Origin: Bacteroidia bacterium
Lineage (GTDB): Bacteria > Bacteroidota > Bacteroidia > UBA8524
Assembly: GCA_035906255.1 (NCBI GenBank)
Contig: JAMIFM010000011.1
Coordinates: forward strand, 39,607 to 103,606
Direction of reading: 5' to 3'
Length of the DNA stretch: 64,000 nt
Below, one piece after another: positions 7,843-16,610 of this stretch; position 1 is the stretch's first letter; every line of letters starts with the position of its first letter. A program made the position numbers and the translations under genes. The notes below the pieces were generated by a model. The model was not told the DNA's origin and did not search any database. It saw only the letters and a list, made by a program, of their open reading frames with translations.

Positions 7843-10518
7843 GTGATAAAAGTTGGCATATTTTTCGGCGGAGCTTCTCGCGAAAGAGAAGTATCGTTTT
7901 CAGGCGGCAGAACCGTGTATGATAACCTTAATAAGTTATTGTTTGCACCTGTTCCGTTGTTTGTGGATAGCTTTAATACCATTATTCTTTTAAACAAAGA
8001 ACTGATATACAAAGGCAGTATCCGAGATTTTTACCCACCCGTACAATACCTGCCCGAAACACAGCATAATTTTCAAGTATATATCGAAAGTTTAGAAGCC
8101 GATGTTAAAAACGGTAACATAAACTACGAGGAGATGATAGGTCGTATTGGCCGCAAAGTGAATATTGACGAGTTACCACAACTGATTGATATAGCTTTTT
8201 TGGCTTTGCACGGCAGCTATGGCGAAGACGGCACTATACAGGGTTTGCTTGAATGGTTAAAAATTCCCTACACCGGTTCGGGCATTTTACCTTCGGCAAT
8301 AGGTATTAGTAAGGCAATACAAAAACAGTTTTTGCAGGCAGGTGGGTTTGATACCCCAAATTACACGCTGGTAACCCGCAACCAATGGGAAGAAAACCGT
8401 TTAGTTAATACACTTTCGCTTACCTATCCGTTGGTAGTGAAACCTGCCAACCAAGGTTCATCATTGGGAGTTAGTGTAGTAAAAACAGCAGACGAATTAG
8501 CGGCGGCTATTGATAAAGCCTTCTTTAATATTACTGTTACTGCATACGAATGGAATCAATTAAACACACTTCAAAAAATTGAATATGTGCGTTCTGTGTG
8601 CGACATACGCGAAGGATTAGGACTACCGCTATTGTTTAATAATAAGCAGATTAACCTGCCCGACGAGGTATTAAATACTTTCGAACAGGAATTGCAAAAT
8701 GCACCCCATGTTAACTTACAGGCACTGCAAAATGAAAGTGAGGTATTGATAGAGGAGTTTGTAAAAGGTCGTGAATTTTCATGTATTGTTATCAGAGGGC
8801 TGGATGGAAAACCTGTTGCCTTGCCTCCTACCGAAATTGTAAAAGGACAAGAGGTGTTTGATTACCGCTCTAAATACCTGCCCGGATTATCGCGTAAAGT
8901 AACCCCGATTGATTTGCCCGAAGCTCAAATAGAGGCTATTCGTCAAAAAGCACAGCAGCTATACAGCTATTTCAGGTTTAATACTTATGCCCGATTGGAT
9001 GGCTTTATTACTACAGAAGGTAAAATCTTCTTAAACGACCCTAATACCACCTCAGGCATGATGCCCTCGTCATTTTTCTTCCATCAGGCAGCAGAAATAG
9101 GGTTAAACCCCTCACAGTTCCTTACTTATATACTTTATACCAGCTTGAAAGAACGTATTGAAACCAGCATGGAAAACTTCCATTACAAGGCTGTTTTTAA
9201 TCGTTTAGAAACCGAGCTTTCAAATACCGCAAACCAAGCCCAAGAAAAGAAACGCATTGCTGTGGTTATGGGCGGTTATTCTACCGAGCGACATATCTCT
9301 ATGGAGAGCGGACGCAATATTTATGAAAAACTTTCATCATCGCCCAAATACACCCCCGTTCCTGTGTTTTTAACAGGCAGTGACGAATCTTACCAAATGT
9401 ATCTTGTTCCGGTAAGCATGATGCTGAAAGACAATGCCGATGATATTGCCGAGAAGGTGAAAAACTATCACCCCAACCCCTACCTGCAAAAGATTGCCGA
9501 TGAATGCCTGCCTGTTTTGCAGCGTTTCGGTAACGGACAAAAGCACGATGCAACACCTCATTTAATTGGGTTTGAACAATTGGCACAATTAGCCGACGGT
9601 GTATTTATTGCCTTGCACGGAAGACCGGGAGAAGACGGCAACTTGCAAGTACAGCTTGAAAAAGTAGGTTTGCCTTATAACGGTTCAGGGTATTACAGCT
9701 CACAAATCACCATTAATAAGTACGATACTGCTGAATTATTGGCCGCTAACGGATTTTCGGTAGCACCGCACGTATTGGCCAAAAAAGAAGACTGGGCAAC
9801 TGACAGCGCAGCGTTTTATGATAAAATACTGTCGGTTACAGGGCTGCCGATGATTGCAAAACCTGCCGACGACGGGTGTAGCAGTGCGGTGAAAAAGATA
9901 AAAACCCGCGAGGAACTGGATGCTTTTGCCCGTTTGATGTTTAGGGAAACCGAAACCCGTGAGCCTGAATTGGAACAACGATTAAAATTATTACCCAAAG
10001 AGGAGTTTCCGCGTAAAAGTTATTTCTTGGCCGAAAAGTTCATTGACAAATCGGATGCTAAAATATTTTTAGAAGTTACCGGCGGTTTGCTTACCCACCG
10101 GACAGAAAACGGTGGAATACGCTATGAAATGTTTGAACCCAGCGAAACACTGGCCGAAAAAGAAATCCTTTCGCTTGAGGAAAAGTTTTTGGCAGGACAG
10201 GGGCAAAACATTACCCCTGCGCGTTATTCAAAAGAGCCTGTTGAAGACCGCTATATTGCCGATGCGGTGAAAACCGAGTTGGAAAAGGCGGCAAAATTGT
10301 TGAATATTGAAGGCTACGCGCGGATAGATGCTTTTGTAAAAGTACACCACAACAACCAAGTGGAAGTAATATTTATAGAGGTTAATTCGTTGCCCGGTAT
10401 GACCCCCGCTACTTGCATCTTTCATCAAAGTGCATTAAACGGGTATATGCCTTATGATTTTATTGATAAAATATTACAATACGGTTTCACCAAAAACAAT
10501 GCACAGCAAGCAAACTGA
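7843..10518 (+). CDS. ddl: Tandem-duplicated D-alanine--D-alanine ligase-like protein (two complete ATP-grasp Ddl modules in one 891 aa polypeptide).
   Basis: Both halves carry Ddl hallmarks. Module 1 has GGxSxExEVS, HGxxGEDGxxQGLLE and an ATP-grasp core (LVVKPANQGSSLGVSVV, EEFVKGREFSC). Module 2 has RIAVVMGGYSTERHISMESG, LHGRPGEDGNLQ, MIAKPADDGCSSAV and the C-terminal EVNSLPGMT. Module 1 has unusually long inserts. Confidence 0.75.
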   Translation: MIKVGIFFGGASREREVSFSGGRTVYDNLNKLLFAPVPLFVDSFNTIILLNKELIYKGSIRDFYPPVQYLPETQHNFQVYIESLEADVKNGNINYEEMIGRIGRKVNIDELPQLIDIAFLALHGSYGEDGTIQGLLEWLKIPYTGSGILPSAIGISKAIQKQFLQAGGFDTPNYTLVTRNQWEENRLVNTLSLTYPLVVKPANQGSSLGVSVVKTADELAAAIDKAFFNITVTAYEWNQLNTLQKIEYVRSVCDIREGLGLPLLFNNKQINLPDEVLNTFEQELQNAPHVNLQALQNESEVLIEEFVKGREFSCIVIRGLDGKPVALPPTEIVKGQEVFDYRSKYLPGLSRKVTPIDLPEAQIEAIRQKAQQLYSYFRFNTYARLDGFITTEGKIFLNDPNTTSGMMPSSFFFHQAAEIGLNPSQFLTYILYTSLKERIETSMENFHYKAVFNRLETELSNTANQAQEKKRIAVVMGGYSTERHISMESGRNIYEKLSSSPKYTPVPVFLTGSDESYQMYLVPVSMMLKDNADDIAEKVKNYHPNPYLQKIADECLPVLQRFGNGQKHDATPHLIGFEQLAQLADGVFIALHGRPGEDGNLQVQLEKVGLPYNGSGYYSSQITINKYDTAELLAANGFSVAPHVLAKKEDWATDSAAFYDKILSVTGLPMIAKPADDGCSSAVKKIKTREELDAFARLMFRETETREPELEQRLKLLPKEEFPRKSYFLAEKFIDKSDAKIFLEVTGGLLTHRTENGGIRYEMFEPSETLAEKEILSLEEKFLAGQGQNITPARYSKEPVEDRYIADAVKTELEKAAKLLNIEGYARIDAFVKVHHNNQVEVIFIEVNSLPGMTPATCIFHQSALNGYMPYDFIDKILQYGFTKNNAQQAN

Positions 10519-11288
10519 TGGCAAATAAATTCGTTACGGGCTTTTTACATTCAAAATGGTGGGCAAAACTGCTTATAGGCATTGCATCGGTATTACTATT
10601 CTTGCTGGTAATAAATTGGTTGTTGAAATTTATCACCAATCACGGGCAAAGTTTACCCGTGCCTAAAGTAAAGGGATTGGTTTTTGACGAAGCTACCCGT
10701 TTGCTGGATGAAAAAGATTTGCGTTATGTGGTGTTTGATTCGGTGTATGTACCAAAAGCCAAACCCAACCAAGTGGTTGACCAAAACCCGGCTGAGGGTA
10801 CCAAAGTGAAGAAAAACCGCATTGTGTACCTTACCATAAATGCACGACCCGTACCTATTGTGAAGGTACCCGATATTTTGGATATTGGCCTGCGTGAAGC
10901 AGTAAGCAAACTTACTGCCGAAGGTTTGGAAGTGGGCGAAATTACCACCCGTGCCGATTTATCAGTAAACAGGGTATTGGGTATTAGCATCAATGGTAAA
11001 AAAATAAAAGCGGGTGATGCGATTGAAAAGGGAAGTAAGATTGATTTGGTGATAAGCAAAGGCGAGGACGCGAGTGACAAGAATATTGTGATGCCCGATC
11101 TTGCAGGATTAACTTTAGACGAAGCCACAATAGAATTGAGCCTTTTAGGGTTAAATATAGGTGCGGTATCGTACGATAAAAACGTTACCGATAAAATAAC
11201 GTCCAAAATATACCGCCAAACCCCCGATGCGGGTAGAGGTGCCTATATTGGGCAGGAAATTGATTTGTTTTTAAAGCAAAGCGACTAA
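10518..11288 (+). CDS. Membrane-anchored protein with three PASTA domains.
   Basis: Its ATG overlaps the ddl TGA (cTGATGg). N-terminal TM (WAKLLIGIASVLLFLLVINWLL) is followed by three ~65 aa repeats with a PASTA-like pattern (VPxLxGLxxxEAxxxLxxxGL...). 256 aa. Confidence 0.7.
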   Translation: MANKFVTGFLHSKWWAKLLIGIASVLLFLLVINWLLKFITNHGQSLPVPKVKGLVFDEATRLLDEKDLRYVVFDSVYVPKAKPNQVVDQNPAEGTKVKKNRIVYLTINARPVPIVKVPDILDIGLREAVSKLTAEGLEVGEITTRADLSVNRVLGISINGKKIKAGDAIEKGSKIDLVISKGEDASDKNIVMPDLAGLTLDEATIELSLLGLNIGAVSYDKNVTDKITSKIYRQTPDAGRGAYIGQEIDLFLKQSD

Positions 11289-11290
11289 TA

Positions 11291-13171
11291 ATGTTTAAAA
11301 AGCTATCGGGCGCAATAGCCCTTATATGTATTGGTTTTGGTGTAAATGCTCAGCTAAATGAGGAGATGTTGGTTCCCCTTACGGCAAACCCTGCACTAAA
11401 ACAGCAATTGCAACACAAAAATTCAAACTCAACCTTTATACGCAAAAGCGGTATTAAAGACACCTTGCTACTGCCTTTTTTTGAGGATTTTTCTAAAGGT
11501 GAAGTATTTCCTGATGAAAACCGCTGGACGAACCGGCTGGCCTATGTAAATACGGATTTTCCTGTAAAAGCACCCAGTATAGGTGTGGCTACTTTAGACG
11601 CACTTGACAGTACAGGTCGCCCTTATTTAAACATTCGGGCTGATTTACACGGCCCTTGTGATACCCTTACCTCACAACCTATTGATATTTCGGCCTACAG
11701 CAGTGGAAACAATATCTTCCTGAGCTTTTTTTATCAGGCACAGGGTTTAAGTTTTCAATCGTTACAAGGCAAAGACTCTTTAATCCTTCAATTTAAAAAT
11801 AACTTAGGATTTTGGTACACCGTATGGTCAACACCCGGTATAGCATTAGCTGATTTTAAACCTGTGTTGCTAAAATTAGAAGCCACTGAATATTTCCATG
11901 CAGGTTTCCAGTTCCGTTTTATTAATTATCAAAGCTATATAGGCGGTGTGGGTCAATGGCACCTTGATTATATATACATGGAACGTAATCGTACCGCAGC
12001 CGACAGTGTTTTTGCCGATGTGGCGGTTTCACAAAAACCAATGTCGTTTTTGAAAGAATACCAAGAAATGCCTTTTGACCAATTCAAAGGGTTTGAATCA
12101 TTGGAAGTTACCGATAGCACAAGAGGATATTTAAGCAATTTATTTGACCAAGGCCGTACGGTTGACGTTTTTAACCGCCAAGTATATGATGATGCAGGGA
12201 ATTTGGTAATTAACCAACCCGGTAGCGGTTTTTCTATTGACCCGTTCAGCGAAAAAGGGTTCGGGGTTGCCTCTAATTACAACGTTGTTGCCCGTACCGA
12301 AGATACTGTAACCTATACGGCTTCTGAGTTTTTAAAAATTACGGGAGCAAATTTCAGGATTGCAAACGATTCAGTTAGCCGTAAACTCACGTTTGCCAAT
12401 TATTATGCTTACGACGACGGTACTGCTGAAACAGGCTACGGACTAAAGCGCGGTTCGGGCAAAATAGCCTATCGTTTCAGACTTAACAAACCCGATAGTT
12501 TGCGCGCTATCTCGGTGTACTATTTTCAGGCTGAAGACACCGTTAAACGTGCATTTAACCTTGCTGTTTGGGAAAGTATTTCTCCTAACGGCTCTAATGA
12601 AAAACTATTATATACTAAGCTGGTAAATTACCCCAGCTATACCGACTCAATAAACGGTTACCATACCTATGTTTTAGACAGTGCTATTGCCGTGAGCGGT
12701 GAGTTTTATATCGGTTGGGTACAAACCACTACTTTCCATCTTAATGTAGGCTGGGATCGTAATTTTACCCGCGACCGTAAAGCAATAGCCAGCCCTGATT
12801 TGTATTTTAATACTACAGGTAAGTGGTATCTTTCTGAAATACCCGGCACGTTGATGATGCGTCCGCACGTAGGTAAAAACTTCATACAAGACACCACTTT
12901 GGTAAGTGTGAAGCCCTTGAGTTCTTTAAACCGCAACACCGTTAATGTGTATCCCAACCCCGCTTCAACTGAAATTTCGGTAGATATAGCCCAACAAGAT
13001 ATATACACCTACTCTATTACTGACATAGCAGGAAAAACTATTAACACAGGGGTTATAAACACTTTTGAAACAAATACACTGCCTATCAGTATATTGCCAA
13101 ACGGATTATATTTTTTAACTTTACATAATCCTAATACAGGATTTTACACGACTAAATTCATAAAACAGTAA
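11291..13171 (+). CDS. Secreted T9SS cargo protein (C-terminal Por secretion tail) of unknown function.
   Basis: Signal peptide is present. The C-terminal ~80 aa (VNVYPNPAS...LPNGLYFLTLHNPNTGFYTTKFIKQ) match the T9SS type A CTD. Starts 3 nt after the PASTA gene stop. Confidence 0.75.
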   Translation: MFKKLSGAIALICIGFGVNAQLNEEMLVPLTANPALKQQLQHKNSNSTFIRKSGIKDTLLLPFFEDFSKGEVFPDENRWTNRLAYVNTDFPVKAPSIGVATLDALDSTGRPYLNIRADLHGPCDTLTSQPIDISAYSSGNNIFLSFFYQAQGLSFQSLQGKDSLILQFKNNLGFWYTVWSTPGIALADFKPVLLKLEATEYFHAGFQFRFINYQSYIGGVGQWHLDYIYMERNRTAADSVFADVAVSQKPMSFLKEYQEMPFDQFKGFESLEVTDSTRGYLSNLFDQGRTVDVFNRQVYDDAGNLVINQPGSGFSIDPFSEKGFGVASNYNVVARTEDTVTYTASEFLKITGANFRIANDSVSRKLTFANYYAYDDGTAETGYGLKRGSGKIAYRFRLNKPDSLRAISVYYFQAEDTVKRAFNLAVWESISPNGSNEKLLYTKLVNYPSYTDSINGYHTYVLDSAIAVSGEFYIGWVQTTTFHLNVGWDRNFTRDRKAIASPDLYFNTTGKWYLSEIPGTLMMRPHVGKNFIQDTTLVSVKPLSSLNRNTVNVYPNPASTEISVDIAQQDIYTYSITDIAGKTINTGVINTFETNTLPISILPNGLYFLTLHNPNTGFYTTKFIKQ

Positions 13172-13179
13172 ACAATTAT

Positions 13180-13491
13180 ATGGACATTACCTCCGAAGAA
13201 TTAAAAACGCGCATGGATAATGGTGAAGACCTTATCGTAATTGATGTGCGTGAGCCTCACGAATACGAAGAATTTAACATTGGCGGTCGCCTTATTCCAT
13301 TGGGTACATTGCCTACAGTGGTTGATGAGTTGGAAGACCTTAAAGGCGAAGAAATAATAGTACACTGCCGCAGCGGTGCCCGCAGCGGACAAGCAAAAGC
13401 ATACCTTGGTTCGATTGGTTTTACAAACGTTCGCAATTTGCTGGGCGGTGTAATGGACTGGCAGGCCAAGTATGGCGCAACCATGAAATAA
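13180..13491 (+). CDS. Single-domain rhodanese-like sulfurtransferase.
   Basis: 103 aa. Active-site loop CRSGARS. Typical rhodanese fold length. Confidence 0.85.
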   Translation: MDITSEELKTRMDNGEDLIVIDVREPHEYEEFNIGGRLIPLGTLPTVVDELEDLKGEEIIVHCRSGARSGQAKAYLGSIGFTNVRNLLGGVMDWQAKYGATMK

Positions 13492-13511
13492 GATTAAGAT
13501 TTAAACTTTAT

Positions 13512-13548
13512 AAACTAAAAAAGCCCCAAAACGGGGCTTTTTTAGTTT
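13512..13548. terminator. Bidirectional rho-independent terminator: 15-bp perfect palindrome aaactaaaaagcccc-aaaa-ggggctttttagttt.
   Basis: GC-rich stem flanked by A-runs and T-runs on both strands. Lies between convergent rhodanese and CapA-region genes. An identical copy is at 25716-25750. Confidence 0.6.
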
Positions 13549-13555
13549 ATGTGCC

Positions 13556-13612
13556 TTTCGACTTACCATCTTGAGCCTGCCGAAAGAGCCTTGAGCTTGT
13601 CGAAAGGCTTAT
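13556..13612 (+). repeat. Two tandem degenerate copies of the F-module of the mosaic repeat (ccttgagcctgccgaaagag / ccttgagcttgtcgaaagg).
   Basis: Matches ...ccatcttgagcctgccgaagggtg at 51880-51910 and cctgagcttgccgaaggg at 1968-1986. Confidence 0.45.
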
Positions 13613-13613
13613 A

Positions 13614-14687
13614 TCATTTCTTTTTCACTACTTCTCCGTCATCACTTATTAATAGCGGTGTTTCAGGAAAATCGACTTTTGTAAGTTCTTGTATTAGCTT
13701 CAATGCCCATTGTTTTTCGATATCTACAACGGGTATGCCCTCTCCTATTTGTTTAATCGGTGTGATTTTAGCTCTTATAAAATTGCCTTTGGTATCGGTA
13801 GTTACTTTTACTATAGGAGCCACACCACTTTCGGCAGTCAGGCTAAAACGGTCATAAGTGGCAAAATTGCCCAAACTGTAGCAAATCAAGCGGTTGTTAT
13901 ACAACTCCATTGCGCGGGTCACGTGCGGCCCATGCCCAAATACAATATCAGCCCCCGCATCAATCACCGCATGGCTAAACTCGTACACATTCCCCCTGTT
14001 TTCACCAATAAACATTTCGGTATCGCGGGTTACGTGCTGTCGGTCACGGCCTTCCCCACCCCCGTGAAACGATACAATCAACACATCACACATACTATCC
14101 AAAGCGGCTACAATCACTTTAGCCCCTTCAATATCTTTAATACTTACCGTACCGCTATTGGGTGCAAATGCCGCTAACCCATACTTTATACCGTCTTTTT
14201 CTATTACTGTGGTTGGGCAGCTTAGCAAGCCTGCATATTGCAGCCCGCATTCTTCAAGAGTATTCATGGTAATTTCACGGCCTTCGGCACCAAAATCACC
14301 ACTGTGGTTGTTGGCAATGCTCAATAAATCAAAACCTGCATCTTTATAATATTTTGCATAATGCAAGGGCGAACGGAAAGCATAACACACTTTTGGGTTG
14401 CTGCATTTCTTTACTTTACCCTTATTGCCCGCTAACGTACCCTCAAGGTTACCAAAAGTAATATCAGCATCCTGCAAAATAGCCCTTACACTATCCAACA
14501 GGTTTTTACCGTCGTTCGGGGGTAAATGTTTTTCGCTGGGGTAATTTGTCCCCAACATCATATCACCCACACCAATAATCGTTAACACACGCAACGAAGT
14601 ATCATGCGATGCCGGATATGTTTCTACTTGTGCTGTGGCTTTAAATACAGATAATGCGATGTATAACGATGTTATTATGTATTTCAT
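13614..14687 (-). CDS. CapA/PGA_cap family metallophosphatase-like protein, secreted.
   Basis: Signal peptide is present. Motifs GVGDMMLG, ...NLEG..., NNHSGDFG and GHGPHV are typical of CapA (YwtB) family calcineurin-like phosphoesterases. Start overlaps the upstream MerR gene stop by 4 nt. Confidence 0.7.
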   Translation of the reverse strand: MKYIITSLYIALSVFKATAQVETYPASHDTSLRVLTIIGVGDMMLGTNYPSEKHLPPNDGKNLLDSVRAILQDADITFGNLEGTLAGNKGKVKKCSNPKVCYAFRSPLHYAKYYKDAGFDLLSIANNHSGDFGAEGREITMNTLEECGLQYAGLLSCPTTVIEKDGIKYGLAAFAPNSGTVSIKDIEGAKVIVAALDSMCDVLIVSFHGGGEGRDRQHVTRDTEMFIGENRGNVYEFSHAVIDAGADIVFGHGPHVTRAMELYNNRLICYSLGNFATYDRFSLTAESGVAPIVKVTTDTKGNFIRAKITPIKQIGEGIPVVDIEKQWALKLIQELTKVDFPETPLLISDDGEVVKKK

Positions 14688-15034
14688 TTGGCTTCTTTGT
14701 CCAGTATGTCTTTTATATCTGTTAACAGATTGCGTATTTTATACAGGCTGTCAATAATCTCCACTTTCTTTGTCCCTTGTCCCTTATCCAGTTTTAGTTT
14801 TTCATTAGCCCCTTGTAATGTATAGCCTTGTTCCTTCACCAAGTGATATATCAGGCGCAAATTAGCCACATCATCACGGGTAAACTGGCGATTTCCCTTA
14901 CTATTCTTTTTAGGCCGCAATACATCAAACTCCTTTTCCCAAAAGCGGATGAGCGAAGCATTCACATTCAGCATGGCCGAAACCTCACTGATAGAATAGT
15001 ACATTTTGTCGGGGTTTTCTTCTTCGGGCAGCAT
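14684..15034 (-). CDS. MerR-family HTH transcriptional regulator (small, 116 aa).
   Basis: N-terminal YYSISEVSAMLNVNASLIRFWEKEF is a MerR-type HTH. Coiled-coil C-terminus. Its start overlaps the M23 gene stop by 1 nt. Confidence 0.7.
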   Translation of the reverse strand: MLPEEENPDKMYYSISEVSAMLNVNASLIRFWEKEFDVLRPKKNSKGNRQFTRDDVANLRLIYHLVKEQGYTLQGANEKLKLDKGQGTKKVEIIDSLYKIRNLLTDIKDILDKEAK

Positions 15035-16002
15035 CAGTCAAATGATTGGTTATTGGCCGCAGCCAGTTCTTTAATACGTTCGTAATCTTCGGGCGACAAA
15101 TCGTTATAGTAAAAGTGTACGGGATTTACCTTATCCCCGTTTTTAATAATCTCGTAATGCAAGTGCGGGGCGGTTGACAAACCCGATGAACCAACGGTTC
15201 CGATACGTTGCCCCCTGCTGATGGTTTGGCCTTGCTTGGCTTCTACCTTCGTCATGTGGGCATATAAACTCTCATAGCCGTATCCGTGATTAATAATCAC
15301 GTGATAGCCGTACCCTTCATTATACCCTGCAAAAGTAACCGTGCCGTTTCCTGTGGCATAAATAGGAGTTCCTTTACTGGCTGTGAAATCCATGCCCGAG
15401 TGCATTTTAACTGTTTTATAAATAGGATGGATACGATAACCGAAACCCGAAGCCACACGGGTAAGTTCTTTGTTTGAAATGGGCTGTATGGCGGGTATGC
15501 TTGCCAACATATCCTGCTTGCGTTTGGCACGTTCTAAAATATCATCAAACGAGGCTGATTGAACTTTCATTTTTGAAGCAAGATTGGTTAGCTTCACTTT
15601 CATCCGCTCCATATTATCTTCTTCGTCCAATCCCACCTTATTCTTATACCGTTCAAAAATACTTCGCGGGTCTTTAGTACTGTCTTGAATCAGGGGAGCT
15701 TCAAACACTACACGGTATATTTCCTCGTCGCGTTTATTCAATTGGTCTAATGAGGCCGATAACTCATCCACCGTTTTTTCATACAACGATACCTGTAACC
15801 TGTATTCGTCAAGCCTGTCTTCAAGTATTTTTTCTTTGGGTGAACTGAAATAGGTATATGCCACAGCCATGATGATAGCTCCTAACACGGCTGATGCACT
15901 TAAAAAACCAAATACACGCAACGCCATTTTGCCCCAACTGGTATGGGCAATTTCATAAGTAAGACTGTGCGGATCGAAAAAGTACTTGGTCTTTTTTGCC
16001 AT
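15034..16002 (-). CDS. M23 family metallopeptidase (LytM-like) with an N-terminal TM anchor and coiled coil.
   Basis: HxxxD and HxH motifs (HSGMDF ... APHLHYE) of M23 peptidases. N-terminal hydrophobic segment. Confidence 0.85.
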   Translation of the reverse strand: MAKKTKYFFDPHSLTYEIAHTSWGKMALRVFGFLSASAVLGAIIMAVAYTYFSSPKEKILEDRLDEYRLQVSLYEKTVDELSASLDQLNKRDEEIYRVVFEAPLIQDSTKDPRSIFERYKNKVGLDEEDNMERMKVKLTNLASKMKVQSASFDDILERAKRKQDMLASIPAIQPISNKELTRVASGFGYRIHPIYKTVKMHSGMDFTASKGTPIYATGNGTVTFAGYNEGYGYHVIINHGYGYESLYAHMTKVEAKQGQTISRGQRIGTVGSSGLSTAPHLHYEIIKNGDKVNPVHFYYNDLSPEDYERIKELAAANNQSFD

Positions 16003-16169
16003 TGTGTGTGTATGGTTTTAGAAGGATAAAAACTGCAGCAACATTTGTGCCTGCCTTCTACATCCAAACTTCAACTTGTAGCGAAGGTAAGAATTTGCGG
16101 GGAGATATGCTTAGCTAAATCCTACGTTGCTGTCAGTCAACAATTACGAATTATTGGTAATTTGTTGCT

Positions 16170-16556
16170 TGTATGTAAGCCCCCCCTCTCCTAAGAGAAA
16201 CACAAAGGGTATATTATGCCAACCGCACCCTTCTGCAAGCTCAGGAGAACTGCCCCGCACTTGCTCAACTATCGTCATTGCGAGGAGGCCGTCTTCGGCT
16301 GACGTGGCAATCTGTTTGCAGCCCACCGTCAATGGTCAACAGTTTTTTAGTATTTAGATTTTAGTGTTTATACCAACGGATTGCTTCGGGAAGACCCTCG
16401 CAATGACGGGGAAGAGCAAGTCCCCACAGGGGATTTAGGGGTATTGTCATGCTGACGTAGGAAGCATTTTTGCGCAACGGGGTAACACAATTGTTATAAG
16501 GTTCTTCGCTGCGCTCAGAAGGACAGTATGGGTTCTTCGGCAAGTTCAGAATACAA
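16170..16556 (-). repeat. Partial mosaic repeat in reverse orientation (F', B', A', G' modules; C, D and E absent).
   Basis: Reverse complement of the segments in 1343-1990, for example caacggattgcttcgggaagaccctcgcaatgacggggaagagcaagtccccacaggggatttagg. Overlaps the spurious ORFs 16127-16357, 16144-16332 and 16361-16543. Confidence 0.75.
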
Positions 16557-16610
16557 AAAAGCCCTTACACAGAGTGCGCAAGGGCTCTTATTCTATAACA
16601 GAAAGGGATA

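Noticed and set aside
16361-16543. Small ORFs beginning MTIPLNPLWGLALP... (also 33168-33395, 44126-44365, 51416-51634, 1420-1773, 30678-30872) as a paralogous small-protein family.
   Set aside because: All lie entirely inside the mosaic repeat modules. They occur in different frames and orientations relative to the shared DNA. They lack RBS or promoter context. They are best explained as repeat-derived pseudo-ORFs.
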